IMG/VR virus record: IMGVR_UViG_3300025121_000776
Span: 64,001-128,000 of that record
DNA: 64,000 nt
From: a virus
Direction: 5' to 3' (one strand)
The translations under genes and the position numbers were made by a program. The notes beneath the pieces were generated by a model. That model saw only the letters and a list, made by a program, of their open reading frames with translations. It searched no databases and was not told where the DNA came from. Each line of letters opens with the position of its first letter. Position 1 is the first letter of the stretch. Positions 20,122 to 29,701 of the stretch are shown piece by piece.

Positions 20122-20712
20122 ATGGAAGCAACGGAATTATTAAAATTAATAAGAGAATTTATTGATTCTCACGCAGAAATAGGGGAAACATCTCATATAA
20201 TGTATGACCCAGATAAACTTGAAAAAGAAGTTTCTTTTGCAATTCTTGAAAAAAATGAAGAGGGAAACTCTTTTAAAAGATTCTCTGTAACAATTAAAGA
20301 TTGCTTGACAGAAGTGTGGGTGCCCATAGCTGGAATAGAATCTCGCTATGCAAACAAAATAGTTAACAACAAATTCTATGGAACCGTTACAATTGATGGA
20401 TTAAATGAAAATAAAATATTATCTACGGAAGACTTTGTGAGTGGAGAACCTGGGTATATTTACGCACCATTCATTTGCAAAGAACACACAGAAGAATCTT
20501 TAAAAGATTACCATGAGTTCATGACCAAATACAAAAAAGAGCATGCAATATGCCCTAAATGCGGTGCTACAGAACATTCAACCACATTAATGGGATATGT
20601 TCTATATTCTGATAAACGAGATGAATATAAAGATTTGAATACTTGTGTTTGTTCTGAATGTGGTGATATACACACAACTCACAAAAGAGTTCCAAACCCA
20701 TTCAAAAAATAA
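20122..20712 (+). CDS. Zn-finger hypothetical protein
   Basis: CPKC...CSEC. Confidence 0.7.
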   Translation: MEATELLKLIREFIDSHAEIGETSHIMYDPDKLEKEVSFAILEKNEEGNSFKRFSVTIKDCLTEVWVPIAGIESRYANKIVNNKFYGTVTIDGLNENKILSTEDFVSGEPGYIYAPFICKEHTEESLKDYHEFMTKYKKEHAICPKCGATEHSTTLMGYVLYSDKRDEYKDLNTCVCSECGDIHTTHKRVPNPFKK

Positions 20713-20722
20713 TTCTCTATTT

Positions 20723-21025
20723 ATGAAGTTGTTTAAAAACATATGGAAGCATTCAAGGCTAAGGTTTTACATTTTAAACGCCAGATGGAATTATAGATTT
20801 TGGCTGTTTGCAAAGAAAATGTATAAAAACATTTCTTATCAAGTAGAAGATGGTGAATACGACATGAATTATGATTATACAATAAAAAGAAAAAAGAAAA
20901 CTGTTTATAAAAAAAGATTTATCGGATATTTTTTTGAAAACAATATTTATTTAGATAATCCAGGCTTTAAAATTGATGATAGAGAAACGTGGGAAGCATG
21001 GAAAAAGAACGGTTTAGTTAAATAA
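20723..21025 (+). CDS. hypothetical protein
   Basis: ORF from ATG 20723. Confidence 0.65.
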   Translation: MKLFKNIWKHSRLRFYILNARWNYRFWLFAKKMYKNISYQVEDGEYDMNYDYTIKRKKKTVYKKRFIGYFFENNIYLDNPGFKIDDRETWEAWKKNGLVK

Positions 21026-21050
21026 AAGCTGTAGAGATACAGCTTTTTTT
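21025..21050 (+). terminator. intrinsic terminator
   Basis: AAAAGCTGTA / TACAGCTTTT stem. Confidence 0.8.
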
Positions 21051-21108
21051 ATTTTAAATAAGTGCAAATTGCTTTTTTTTTAATATTTATAAAAAAATCT
21101 ATTTAAAA

Positions 21109-22812
21109 ATGGAAAACGAAGAAATTTATCCAAAAGGCACAAAGCAAGAAACAGATGATTTTGCACTCCGTCAAAAAATTAAAAAAATTGTTGGGGACGA
21201 AACTGAAGCTATTTTAAAGGAAGAAACCTTTAAAGCTTTTAAAAAATTGGGCTATGAAGAAAAAGAAGGTTATATGTTTATGGCTGCTGCTGGAGAAGAT
21301 GGAAAAGAAAAAGAAGTTGGCAAAGGAGTTCAAGAAGGAAAATTAAATGTTACTATATCTAAACCCAAAATGCTTAATATGGGAGCTGTAAGACCAGTTT
21401 CTTATATGCAAAAAGTAACTACATTTGGGGGGAAAAGAATTATTAGTGAACTTTATTTAGAAATTATTGACGATACTGTAAATATATCTTATAAAAACAC
21501 AGAGGCCTCTGGTTTTCACCAATCATCAAATAAAGATACATATGCTCCAAGAAAATTAGATAAAAATGCAACTATTCCAGGAGTTACAGATACTAAATCT
21601 TTTAAAAGTAAATTAAAAGAATTTTTTACTGAAATAGCAGAAGCTGAAGCAGAATATTTAACTGGAACTAAAATAGGAAACAGTGATAAAAATCCAAAAG
21701 ATATGAATGATTCAATTGTAAAAGAAAATAAATATAATATGAAATTAACAGACCTTTTTTCTAGCTCTTTTGAAGATGCTGGAAATAAAATAGATAATCT
21801 TGTAAAAGAATCTCTTAAAATAACTGAAGAGAAAAAAAAAGAATGTAGTACTGGTACGCCAAAAACTCCATCTGGAAAACCAACTGACAAAAAACTTGTT
21901 ATTGGTGACGAAGAAGAAAAAATAGAAGAAAATACTTTAGATGAAATTTCAGCAGCGCCTGCAGCTCCAGCTGGAGCAGGAATTGATGGTGCAACAGAGA
22001 CAAAACCAAATTCGGTTGGAGGCGCATATGCGACCCCATATGGTTTTTCAAAAGATGGAAAAACTCCAAATTTAAAAGCGAACAAAGATTTTGAACAAGT
22101 GAATGAGGCTATAAAAAATACAACTTACGGAATTATGAGAACAACTAGACCTCACTTGACTAGACAAGATAATGGTTCATATGCATTAATAACTGAAACT
22201 CAAAAACCAAAAACTCCTTATCAAGACGTAGTTAAAATGGGAGAAAATGGATTGTGGCCACCTGCAGGAATGGAAAAAAATCACACTGTTGGAGATATGC
22301 TTGGAGCTGATGTTAACAGCAAAGAAGAATTGAAAAAAACTGGGCACGGAGGTCTAAGTGAATTAGAAAAAGTTGAAGAAACATACAAGAAAAAGCTTGA
22401 GTTAACAAAAAGAAAATTCTCTTCTTTAGCAGAAAACGAAGAAAAAGGAATTAACAAAAGATATATTATAACAGAAAAACTTACCAAAGAAGAACAATCA
22501 AAAAGGTGGAAACAACTTTTTGAAAATGATTGTTTTTGTGATGTAAAAGACCAAAAAGATACTATATCTGGTCATGATTATGATAAAATAGTAAGTAAAG
22601 AATTTGCAGCAAACAACCCATCTTTAGAGTCAAATTTATGTAACACCCCATTTTCTGGAAAAGAACAGGGTTTTATAGATATTCCAAAATCAACAGGAAG
22701 CATGATTCTTTTTAGATTATCGGAATCTGATATAAGACAAAATAAAACATATATTATTGACCACTTCACAAAAAAACTTGTCCTAAATCCTTTATTTAAA
22801 TCAAAAGAATAA
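21109..22812 (+). CDS. large putative virion/head protein
   Basis: LRQKIKKIV helix, many xxE motifs, RWKQLF motif; late motif at 21084. Confidence 0.55.
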   Translation: MENEEIYPKGTKQETDDFALRQKIKKIVGDETEAILKEETFKAFKKLGYEEKEGYMFMAAAGEDGKEKEVGKGVQEGKLNVTISKPKMLNMGAVRPVSYMQKVTTFGGKRIISELYLEIIDDTVNISYKNTEASGFHQSSNKDTYAPRKLDKNATIPGVTDTKSFKSKLKEFFTEIAEAEAEYLTGTKIGNSDKNPKDMNDSIVKENKYNMKLTDLFSSSFEDAGNKIDNLVKESLKITEEKKKECSTGTPKTPSGKPTDKKLVIGDEEEKIEENTLDEISAAPAAPAGAGIDGATETKPNSVGGAYATPYGFSKDGKTPNLKANKDFEQVNEAIKNTTYGIMRTTRPHLTRQDNGSYALITETQKPKTPYQDVVKMGENGLWPPAGMEKNHTVGDMLGADVNSKEELKKTGHGGLSELEKVEETYKKKLELTKRKFSSLAENEEKGINKRYIITEKLTKEEQSKRWKQLFENDCFCDVKDQKDTISGHDYDKIVSKEFAANNPSLESNLCNTPFSGKEQGFIDIPKSTGSMILFRLSESDIRQNKTYIIDHFTKKLVLNPLFKSKE

Positions 22813-22835
22813 TAAAAAAATATATTTAAATTATA

Positions 22836-22862
22836 AAAATCCATCAACTCGATGGATTTTTT
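22836..22862 (+). terminator. intrinsic terminator
   Basis: AAAATCCATC / GATGGATTTT stem. Confidence 0.8.
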
Positions 22863-22907
22863 ATTGATTTTATTTTTTATTATTATTATATTTAAATTAA
22901 AAAATAT

Positions 22908-23459
22908 ATGAATTCAAACAAAGACATTAAAGTTACTTTTTTAAGTACCATTAAACATGGTGGTTCAGAGAAGATTAGAGTTTTCTTCAAGGATATTTTT
23001 AACAATGATGTACAAATTGATTTGAGGCCTGGAGAAACAGTTTATTCTCAAACAAATCACCTTTCTAATTCACTAAAGATATATTCAAAAAAAGGCATTA
23101 TAGGAATTGAAGAAGTTACAAAGCCAGAATATTTACAATATTATACTGGATACAAAGAAGAAGAATTGGATAATAAACATTTTTTGCACAGCCTACAAAG
23201 GTCTTTAAAAGATAAAGAAAATCCAAAGCCAGTGATTAATGATATTAACGATATTGTAAACTCTGTTAGTAAAACACTTAAAGTAGCCCCTAAAGTAAAT
23301 TTAGTTGAAGATGTTACAACAATTGTTGATAAGGCCATAAAAGAGGTAAAAGAATATTCAGAAGTTAAAAAGAAAAGACCAAGGAGAAAAAAAGGTCCAG
23401 GAAGACCGAAAAAAAGAGGTCCAAAAAAAGGGTCTAAAAGAAAAAAAGCGGAGAAATAG
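22908..23459 (+). CDS. hypothetical protein with a basic AT-hook-like tail
   Basis: C-terminal KKKRPRRKKGPGRPKKRGPKK. Confidence 0.65.
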   Translation: MNSNKDIKVTFLSTIKHGGSEKIRVFFKDIFNNDVQIDLRPGETVYSQTNHLSNSLKIYSKKGIIGIEEVTKPEYLQYYTGYKEEELDNKHFLHSLQRSLKDKENPKPVINDINDIVNSVSKTLKVAPKVNLVEDVTTIVDKAIKEVKEYSEVKKKRPRRKKGPGRPKKRGPKKGSKRKKAEK

Positions 23460-23462
23460 TAT

Positions 23463-23723
23463 ATGGTTACTAGAAACTTTCAAATTAAAAAGAGAGATTT
23501 TGATAGAAAACCCATTACTATATTTCAGCACAAATTGAGAGCTTTAATGAAATGTTATACAATAAGAGACATTTTGCTTGATGAAATAAATTATACCATC
23601 ACTTTCAAAAAAAGCCACAAAATAAACGGCATAAAAATGAAAGACCCCAAAGAGTATGTCGTAAGATATGAAGTTTTGGAAGCAGAAAATGAAAAAGAAA
23701 TCATACTTAAATTAATAATATAA
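23463..23723 (+). CDS. hypothetical protein
   Basis: ORF. Confidence 0.7.
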   Translation: MVTRNFQIKKRDFDRKPITIFQHKLRALMKCYTIRDILLDEINYTITFKKSHKINGIKMKDPKEYVVRYEVLEAENEKEIILKLII

Positions 23724-24499
23724 TGAGTTCCCTTGATTTAACAAAAAGAGAACTATACATTAAATCAATCTTTCTTCCCGAAAATAAAAGCCAAAAAAAA
23801 GATTACTTACCAGAGAAAGAAGTTGATGAAATTGTTAAAGCTATATCTGGTATAGGAGAAAGATATGGTTTTGTTGGAGATAAAGAAAGCGAAGATATAG
23901 AAAAATCATCAAAAAGAAAGCATAAATATGATGTGTGGATTGCAAAAGAAATTAAAAAAAATGCCAACCTTTTAGATGAATTCAATAAGATTAGATTTGT
24001 TTTAGATTGGACTATAGAAACAAAAGCCAATATCTTTTCTTATTCGTTTGATGATGCTTTTATCGCACAAAGTCAATGGCACAAAGAAATGTTTGAAAAA
24101 TATGACATTGAGGATTTAAAAATTAAAGAAGTTGACAATGAAAGAGTTTTGTTCAGATGCTCAAATAAAAATTTTTTTATATATTTACTGGAGCCAAAAG
24201 ATTTGCCCTATGAGGGGAAAATGATGGGTATGTGTGTGGGAGGAGACTCATATAAAAGCAGTGTGAAAAATGGAAGGTCAATTATTATTTCTTTAAGAGA
24301 TGAAAAAAACGAGCCTCACGTTACGACAGAAATCAATGTAAAGAGTGGAAATATTGTGCAACAATATGGAAAGGGAAATACCCCCCCGTTGCCAGAATAC
24401 AAAAAAATGATGTTAGAATTTGTTCTTTTTGCAACTAATTACAATAAATTAGAAAATGCTGAAACGTTAAGATTATTAAATTTAAATCAAACTCTATAA
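23723..24499 (+). CDS. PcfJ-like domain protein
   Basis: EGKMMGMCVGG...ISLRDEKNEPHVTTEI...QQYGKGN. Confidence 0.7.
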   Translation: MSSLDLTKRELYIKSIFLPENKSQKKDYLPEKEVDEIVKAISGIGERYGFVGDKESEDIEKSSKRKHKYDVWIAKEIKKNANLLDEFNKIRFVLDWTIETKANIFSYSFDDAFIAQSQWHKEMFEKYDIEDLKIKEVDNERVLFRCSNKNFFIYLLEPKDLPYEGKMMGMCVGGDSYKSSVKNGRSIIISLRDEKNEPHVTTEINVKSGNIVQQYGKGNTPPLPEYKKMMLEFVLFATNYNKLENAETLRLLNLNQTL

Positions 24500-24533
24500 T
24501 TTATTAGATATTTATAATTAAAAAACAACTATT

Positions 24534-25325
24534 ATGTTAAAAAAGATTTTAGACAACATCCAAACAATTTTAGTTATTGCCGCTGTTTTAGTATTACTTC
24601 TTTTCTTAAATCAATGTAATACAACGAGAAAACTAAAAAAAGAAATGCAACGCCAAGAACAAATTTCCAAGCAAAATATAGCGACTTTAAGTGATTCACT
24701 TAAAGTTTACAAAAACAATGCTGGGGAAATATCTTATAGCAAACCAATTGCTCAAATGTCCCCAGAAGAAATTAAAAAACATTTCCCAGATTTATATAAA
24801 AGCATGGATGCTGCTTTGGGAGAAGTTAAAATTTTATGGAAAACTCATGTTGAGTATACAGACACTGGTTCAGTAAAAAACGGCATAGTTCAGCTTGATA
24901 GTAATAAATTTGTTTTAGGATATGAATATTATTCCACAGACAGCTCACTACACATTAAATCAACTAATACATTTTTTGCTGACCCAATATTGGTTGACAA
25001 GGAAAAAAATAAATATAAAGTAGTTACAGCCCCTGGTATCTCTACAATAAACGATTTAAGTTTAAAAATGGGATTTACTACTGGAATCTCAAAAGAAGGC
25101 GATTTATACAAAATTTTCATTACCCCCGACAATAAAAAGGTCGTTGTAGGTGATATTATAGGAGCTGACGTGTCCAGTATGATTAACCCACCTCAACCTC
25201 CATCCAAAAATAAAAGATGGTCTATAGGGCTTTATATTGGCTTTGGAATGAATTTTAGTAAAGGAACCTATCAAATAGGACCAGGTGTGGGGGCAAGTTT
25301 ACAATATTCAATACTTAAGTTTTAA
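24534..25325 (+). CDS. spanin-like membrane protein of Bacteroidota-phage type
   Basis: N-terminal TM with QC, coiled coil, C-terminal Gly/aromatic beta strands ending in Phe. Confidence 0.5.
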   Translation: MLKKILDNIQTILVIAAVLVLLLFLNQCNTTRKLKKEMQRQEQISKQNIATLSDSLKVYKNNAGEISYSKPIAQMSPEEIKKHFPDLYKSMDAALGEVKILWKTHVEYTDTGSVKNGIVQLDSNKFVLGYEYYSTDSSLHIKSTNTFFADPILVDKEKNKYKVVTAPGISTINDLSLKMGFTTGISKEGDLYKIFITPDNKKVVVGDIIGADVSSMINPPQPPSKNKRWSIGLYIGFGMNFSKGTYQIGPGVGASLQYSILKF

Positions 25326-25361
25326 AAAAATTTTACAATATTTATTATAAATTCAATTGTT

Positions 25362-25949
25362 ATGGAAGCAAGCAAAAAAGCAAAAGGCTATGCTGAGAAA
25401 TTAGTTATACTATTAGCCAAAAAAATAGACGTTGATATTTCAAAATACAGTATGGATGAATTGGTGCAAGGAATGTTTGTGGAATTAGAACACGGAAGCC
25501 AAGGTCAAGAGAAAAATACAAATATCACTAATGATGACCCAATAGCAACTCTTCAAATAGCATTGGCACATTTAAATGAAATTCCAGATTATTATACCAG
25601 ACTTAAAAAAATGGAAGATGAAGCTGATTCTGTTAAGACAGAAGATTTAGAAGAAAACTCAGAAGAAGAAGAAACCGAAGAAAACTCAAACAAAAAAGAA
25701 TTGACCATGGAAAATATTTCTAAAAGATTTAAAGAACTTTGCGGTATTGTAGAAAACGAAGACAAAAGACAGTTAAAAAACATTATATATCAAGATAAAT
25801 CAAAAAAAAGCCTTCTAAAAGAAGAAATAGACCCAGAAAAATTTAGTATAGCTAAATTTAGCAATGATGGAATTGGAAAAGAAAAATCAGAAGAGGAAAT
25901 TGATTTATATAAAATGTTAAAAAAAGATAACAAAGAAAAATTAAGTTAA
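25362..25949 (+). CDS. DUF5661-like protein
   Basis: GMFVELEHG...IALAHLNEIPDYYTRLKKME. Confidence 0.75.
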   Translation: MEASKKAKGYAEKLVILLAKKIDVDISKYSMDELVQGMFVELEHGSQGQEKNTNITNDDPIATLQIALAHLNEIPDYYTRLKKMEDEADSVKTEDLEENSEEEETEENSNKKELTMENISKRFKELCGIVENEDKRQLKNIIYQDKSKKSLLKEEIDPEKFSIAKFSNDGIGKEKSEEEIDLYKMLKKDNKEKLS

Positions 25950-26218
25950 ATTTTGTTTTTGCTAAAAATCTTGCTTAGCACCCCTCTTTTTTCAAGCTTA
26001 GGCTCACCAGGAATTATTTTTTCTTTGGTTTTAACTCCATCTAATTGGCTAAAAGCACTAGATATTATATCAGAAACTATGTCATGAGATAAAACCTTCA
26101 ACATGATAGCTTTTTCATCTGTTGTGGAGTCTTGGTTATTCCATAGGGCAATTTTATTATGAACCCTTATTATTAATTTATCCATATCAATTGCAAGCTC
26201 TCTTTTGTTTGATTCCAT
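25946..26218 (-). CDS. hypothetical protein
   Basis: ORF. Confidence 0.65.
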   Translation of the reverse strand: MESNKRELAIDMDKLIIRVHNKIALWNNQDSTTDEKAIMLKVLSHDIVSDIISSAFSQLDGVKTKEKIIPGEPKLEKRGVLSKIFSKNKI

Positions 26219-26269
26219 ATTGATTTTATAATTTTAATTATATATTTTTAAGTACATAAAGTAAATATA

Positions 26270-27160
26270 ATGAAAAAAAATGAAAAAACAAATATTGTAA
26301 TACAATCTTTTTTAGTTAAGATAATTTCTGATGAATGGGAAAGTTTAAACAATAGTGAGACGTTTCATTTATGCCAATATGCTGATTTTGATAAAATTTC
26401 AGATAGAATTATAGCAGATAACGAAGAAATATATTCTATAATTCCCTGGGAAAGAGTAGATAGAATGAAAATTGTAAGAGTAATTGCTAGAAATATAAAA
26501 ATTGCAGACTTAGTTGATTTATCAAAGTTTAATTATACAATCAGAGAAACAAAAAACATGCTTAGAATTCACCCAAGTTTAATCCATAAAATAAAAACTG
26601 ACTTAAACACACTAAAACACGAAGATGCTTTTGCTTTGCTAACTATTGGAGTTGAAGAGCTATCTAAAAAAATAGATGTAAAAAACTATAATTTTTCTCC
26701 TAAAGAAGTATATGATATTATAGAATATAATAACTTTGAAAGGCGTATTATACTTGAAATTAACTTAAAAAACTTAAAAGACTATCACATCTGCGATATT
26801 ATCAAAAATACGGGAGATGAATTTTTTAACTTATTAGATTTAAATAAACTAACAGCAAGAAAATGGGTTGAAATACTATCGGTTCAATCACAATTACTTT
26901 GTTGTTGTAATTTAAATAAATTTAAAGAAAGCGACATATACAACAGCGTAGAGCTTATTTCTTTATTTCCACGTCAAGATTTAGATTTTTTAATTAAAGA
27001 CCGAAATTATAAAGAGGAACTTTCGGCATTAGGTTGGGAAAAATTGATTATAACTCGTCCAAATGAGTATATAGATGAGTGTTGTAGTAATAAATTAAAC
27101 GAAACCAATTGGAAAAACATTCTTAATTACCATCCACACTTAATATCATACAAACCATAA
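26270..27160 (+). CDS. helical-repeat hypothetical protein
   Basis: Recurring L..L....W..I..... pattern. Confidence 0.65.
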   Translation: MKKNEKTNIVIQSFLVKIISDEWESLNNSETFHLCQYADFDKISDRIIADNEEIYSIIPWERVDRMKIVRVIARNIKIADLVDLSKFNYTIRETKNMLRIHPSLIHKIKTDLNTLKHEDAFALLTIGVEELSKKIDVKNYNFSPKEVYDIIEYNNFERRIILEINLKNLKDYHICDIIKNTGDEFFNLLDLNKLTARKWVEILSVQSQLLCCCNLNKFKESDIYNSVELISLFPRQDLDFLIKDRNYKEELSALGWEKLIITRPNEYIDECCSNKLNETNWKNILNYHPHLISYKP

Positions 27161-27421
27161 TTACAATTGATTTCCAAGCGTGGTTTTTAACTTTTTAAGA
27201 GAGGTAATAAGACCATCAATTTGATTTATAGTGCCTTCCTTATCTGGATTTTCTTTTTTAGCCTCAAATTGATTTTTCAAATCAACGAGTTTATCATAAG
27301 CATCTTTTTTCAACTCATCAAACCCACTTCTTTTTGTCAATGTAGAATCGGTTATTCCATCTGCGTTTAAAAGTATTTCTCTTATTTGATTTCTTAATTT
27401 TTTTATTTCATCAATTTCCAT
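27161..27421 (-). CDS. putative virion protein
   Basis: LRNQIREILL helix; late motif at 27440-27447. Confidence 0.55.
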   Translation of the reverse strand: MEIDEIKKLRNQIREILLNADGITDSTLTKRSGFDELKKDAYDKLVDLKNQFEAKKENPDKEGTINQIDGLITSLKKLKTTLGNQL

Positions 27422-27534
27422 ATAATTCCTTTTATTTTATATAAATATTAACAAAAACTGTTTTTTTTAAAAATTGTTTTTATTATATTTTTTAAAAGAG
27501 TTAAAAATAAATAATATTTATATAAATAATACAA

Positions 27535-28629
27535 ATGGTGATGGACTATATAAATTTAGATTTTTGTATAATTGAAAATCCCCTGGATAAAAACAAAAGA
27601 CCAATTATTTTTGTTACTAGAAAGGGTAGACAATATTTAGATGAAACTATAATTGATGAAGATGATTACGAAAAAGCTATATATATTATCAAAAACATAG
27701 GATATATCGAATCTGATATATTAACATTTGAGTTTTCTCAAGACCCAGGATTTCCAAGTATTGAAATTAAGGATATTAAAAAAACTTTAGAAAACGAGGG
27801 AATGAAATATAGCGAAGAGTTGGAAAAAACTATAAAAACTGAATTTGAGTTGTTTAATTTAAGGGGCGCTAAACAACTTTTGCAAGACTTAAATAGTGCT
27901 CAACCAATTTTAACTCCAGAAATATTATTCACACAAAAAAAAGGCAACTCATACAAAATACCAGAAATTGGAGAAAAGTTAACATTATATTTTTATTTAT
28001 TTATTGAATGTAAATTTTTTGGAGATAAATGTTATTTAAATTTAAATGGAGATTTTATATCTAATAAAAGTGATGCTTTAAGAAATTATATTACTCCGTT
28101 TAAATGTGATTTTATTAGAATAAATAATATATATAATCCAAATAAAATAATTTTAAAAAGCTGTCAAAAGAATTCAGATATATTAAAAAAACTCCCCATG
28201 GACTTTAATGGAGCTTTTAATCTAAAAATAAAAGAAGGAAATAAAATTTTAGATAAATTGTTTGTTTATTATTTAATGGAAGTAAAAGGCAATTTTCCGC
28301 AAGAAAATAGAATTACTATAGAAATAGACAGTTCAATTAATTTTGACAAAATGATTTTAATGTCCAAAGGGATAAAAAAAGATTACGGAGCTTTATTTCA
28401 TTTAAAACATAGTATTAATACAATAGTTCCAATTTTTGAAGATATGATAATTAAGGCATTAACTCCTAGAATGCTCGCTCATGCAGAGAAAGATGAATTT
28501 GAGAAAGCATCAATGATTAAAAAAGATATCTCTTATATAGAAAAAAAACTGATTCTTCTTAAAGAAGAAATAATCAACAAAGGCGAATTAAATTATTATC
28601 AATACATTAGTAAATTTCATGTAAATTAA
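27535..28629 (+). CDS. hypothetical protein with a C-terminal UVR-like motif
   Basis: MLAHAEKDEFEKASMIKKDI. Confidence 0.65.
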   Translation: MVMDYINLDFCIIENPLDKNKRPIIFVTRKGRQYLDETIIDEDDYEKAIYIIKNIGYIESDILTFEFSQDPGFPSIEIKDIKKTLENEGMKYSEELEKTIKTEFELFNLRGAKQLLQDLNSAQPILTPEILFTQKKGNSYKIPEIGEKLTLYFYLFIECKFFGDKCYLNLNGDFISNKSDALRNYITPFKCDFIRINNIYNPNKIILKSCQKNSDILKKLPMDFNGAFNLKIKEGNKILDKLFVYYLMEVKGNFPQENRITIEIDSSINFDKMILMSKGIKKDYGALFHLKHSINTIVPIFEDMIIKALTPRMLAHAEKDEFEKASMIKKDISYIEKKLILLKEEIINKGELNYYQYISKFHVN

Positions 28630-28684
28630 CTTGTTTAATAAAAATTTTTTTATTACCTTTGTTTTTTAATTTAAAAAATAAAAT

Positions 28685-29449
28685 ATGAAATTTGTAAGAA
28701 TTGTGAACAAATCAAAAAATTTACTTCCAGATTATGCAACAGCATTCTCTGCGGGAATAGATTTAAGGGCAAGTTTAGAAAATGAAACCCCAGTATCAAT
28801 TAGACCACTTGAAAGGAAATTAATTAAAACAGACTTGTTTATTGAACTTCCTATTGGTTACGAAGCAACTATTCGTCCTCGGAGTGGTTTAGCTTTAAAA
28901 AACGGGATTACTGTGTTAAATAGCCCAGGAACGATAAACTAAAAAAAATTCTATCGTACTTTGTCGGTTTAAAAATTTTTAAACTTGACATGTATAGAAC
29001 AATCTGTCGTTTTAAAACAGGGTGAATTGCTGGAAAATCTTGTATAAATTCACAAGACAATCAGCAGCCAAGCTTTGGAAGAAATTCCTTAGAAGGTTCA
29101 ACGACTAATTTCCAAGTCTTAGCAAGTAAAGTTGAAGACGGTAACGAAAACAAGAGCGCCCTGCAACATTATAAATGTTGATGATATAGTCTGACCTGCA
29201 TGTATAAATAAAGATGCAGAAATCAAAGATAAAGAGCTTTGGTGATAACAAAAGCGAGATGCTGATTATAGAGGTAATATTGGTGTAATTCTTATTAATT
29301 TATCAGAAGAAGAATTTGTCATAAATCAAGGTGATAGAATAGCTCAAATGGTTATTGCAAAACACGAAAGAGTTGAGTTGGAGTCTGTACTAATCTTAAA
29401 CGATACAAAACGTGGTTCTGAGGGATTCGGTCACACAGGTAAAATATAA
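28685..29449 (+). CDS. dut: dUTPase, spliced: join(28685..28935,29257..29449), 147 aa
   Basis: Exon 1 has AGIDL, RPRSG and SPGTI; exon 2 has DADYRG, GDRIAQ and [10 protein letters not shown]; splicing restores motif III GTIDADYRG. Confidence 0.93.
28936..29256 (+). ncRNA. group I self-splicing intron (321 nt, no ORF)
   Basis: 5' exon ends in U and the intron ends in G; P AATTGCTGGAAA (29025), Q AATCAGCAGC (29059), R GGTTCAACGACTA (29095), S ATGATATAGTC (29181); P3 CAGGGTG/CGCCCTG; P7 GACTA/TAGTC; P8 hairpin 29164-29180. Confidence 0.93.
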
Positions 29450-29452
29450 ATA

Positions 29453-29689
29453 ATGGAAAACATAGAAACTGGCTACTCACAACCATTCGGAGCAAAAGCA
29501 AAAGATTATAAGTGTCCTACATGTGGTAAAATGCCATCTGATGAATACATCATAGATGGAGTAATGTTTCCTATATACCTTAATGAATCAATTGGGTCAG
29601 ATATGGATGGTTCTTATCACAACTGGGATGAAACTCATAAATGTACAGAATGCGGTACTAATTTTTGGTTTAGAAATGGAGCATATTAA
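29453..29689 (+). CDS. small Zn-ribbon protein
   Basis: CPTC...CTEC. Confidence 0.7.
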   Translation: MENIETGYSQPFGAKAKDYKCPTCGKMPSDEYIIDGVMFPIYLNESIGSDMDGSYHNWDETHKCTECGTNFWFRNGAY

Positions 29690-29701
29690 AAATAAAATAA
29701 A

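Noticed and set aside
28685-28942. 85-aa ORF as a truncated dUTPase pseudogene
   Set aside because: It is exon 1 of an intron-containing gene
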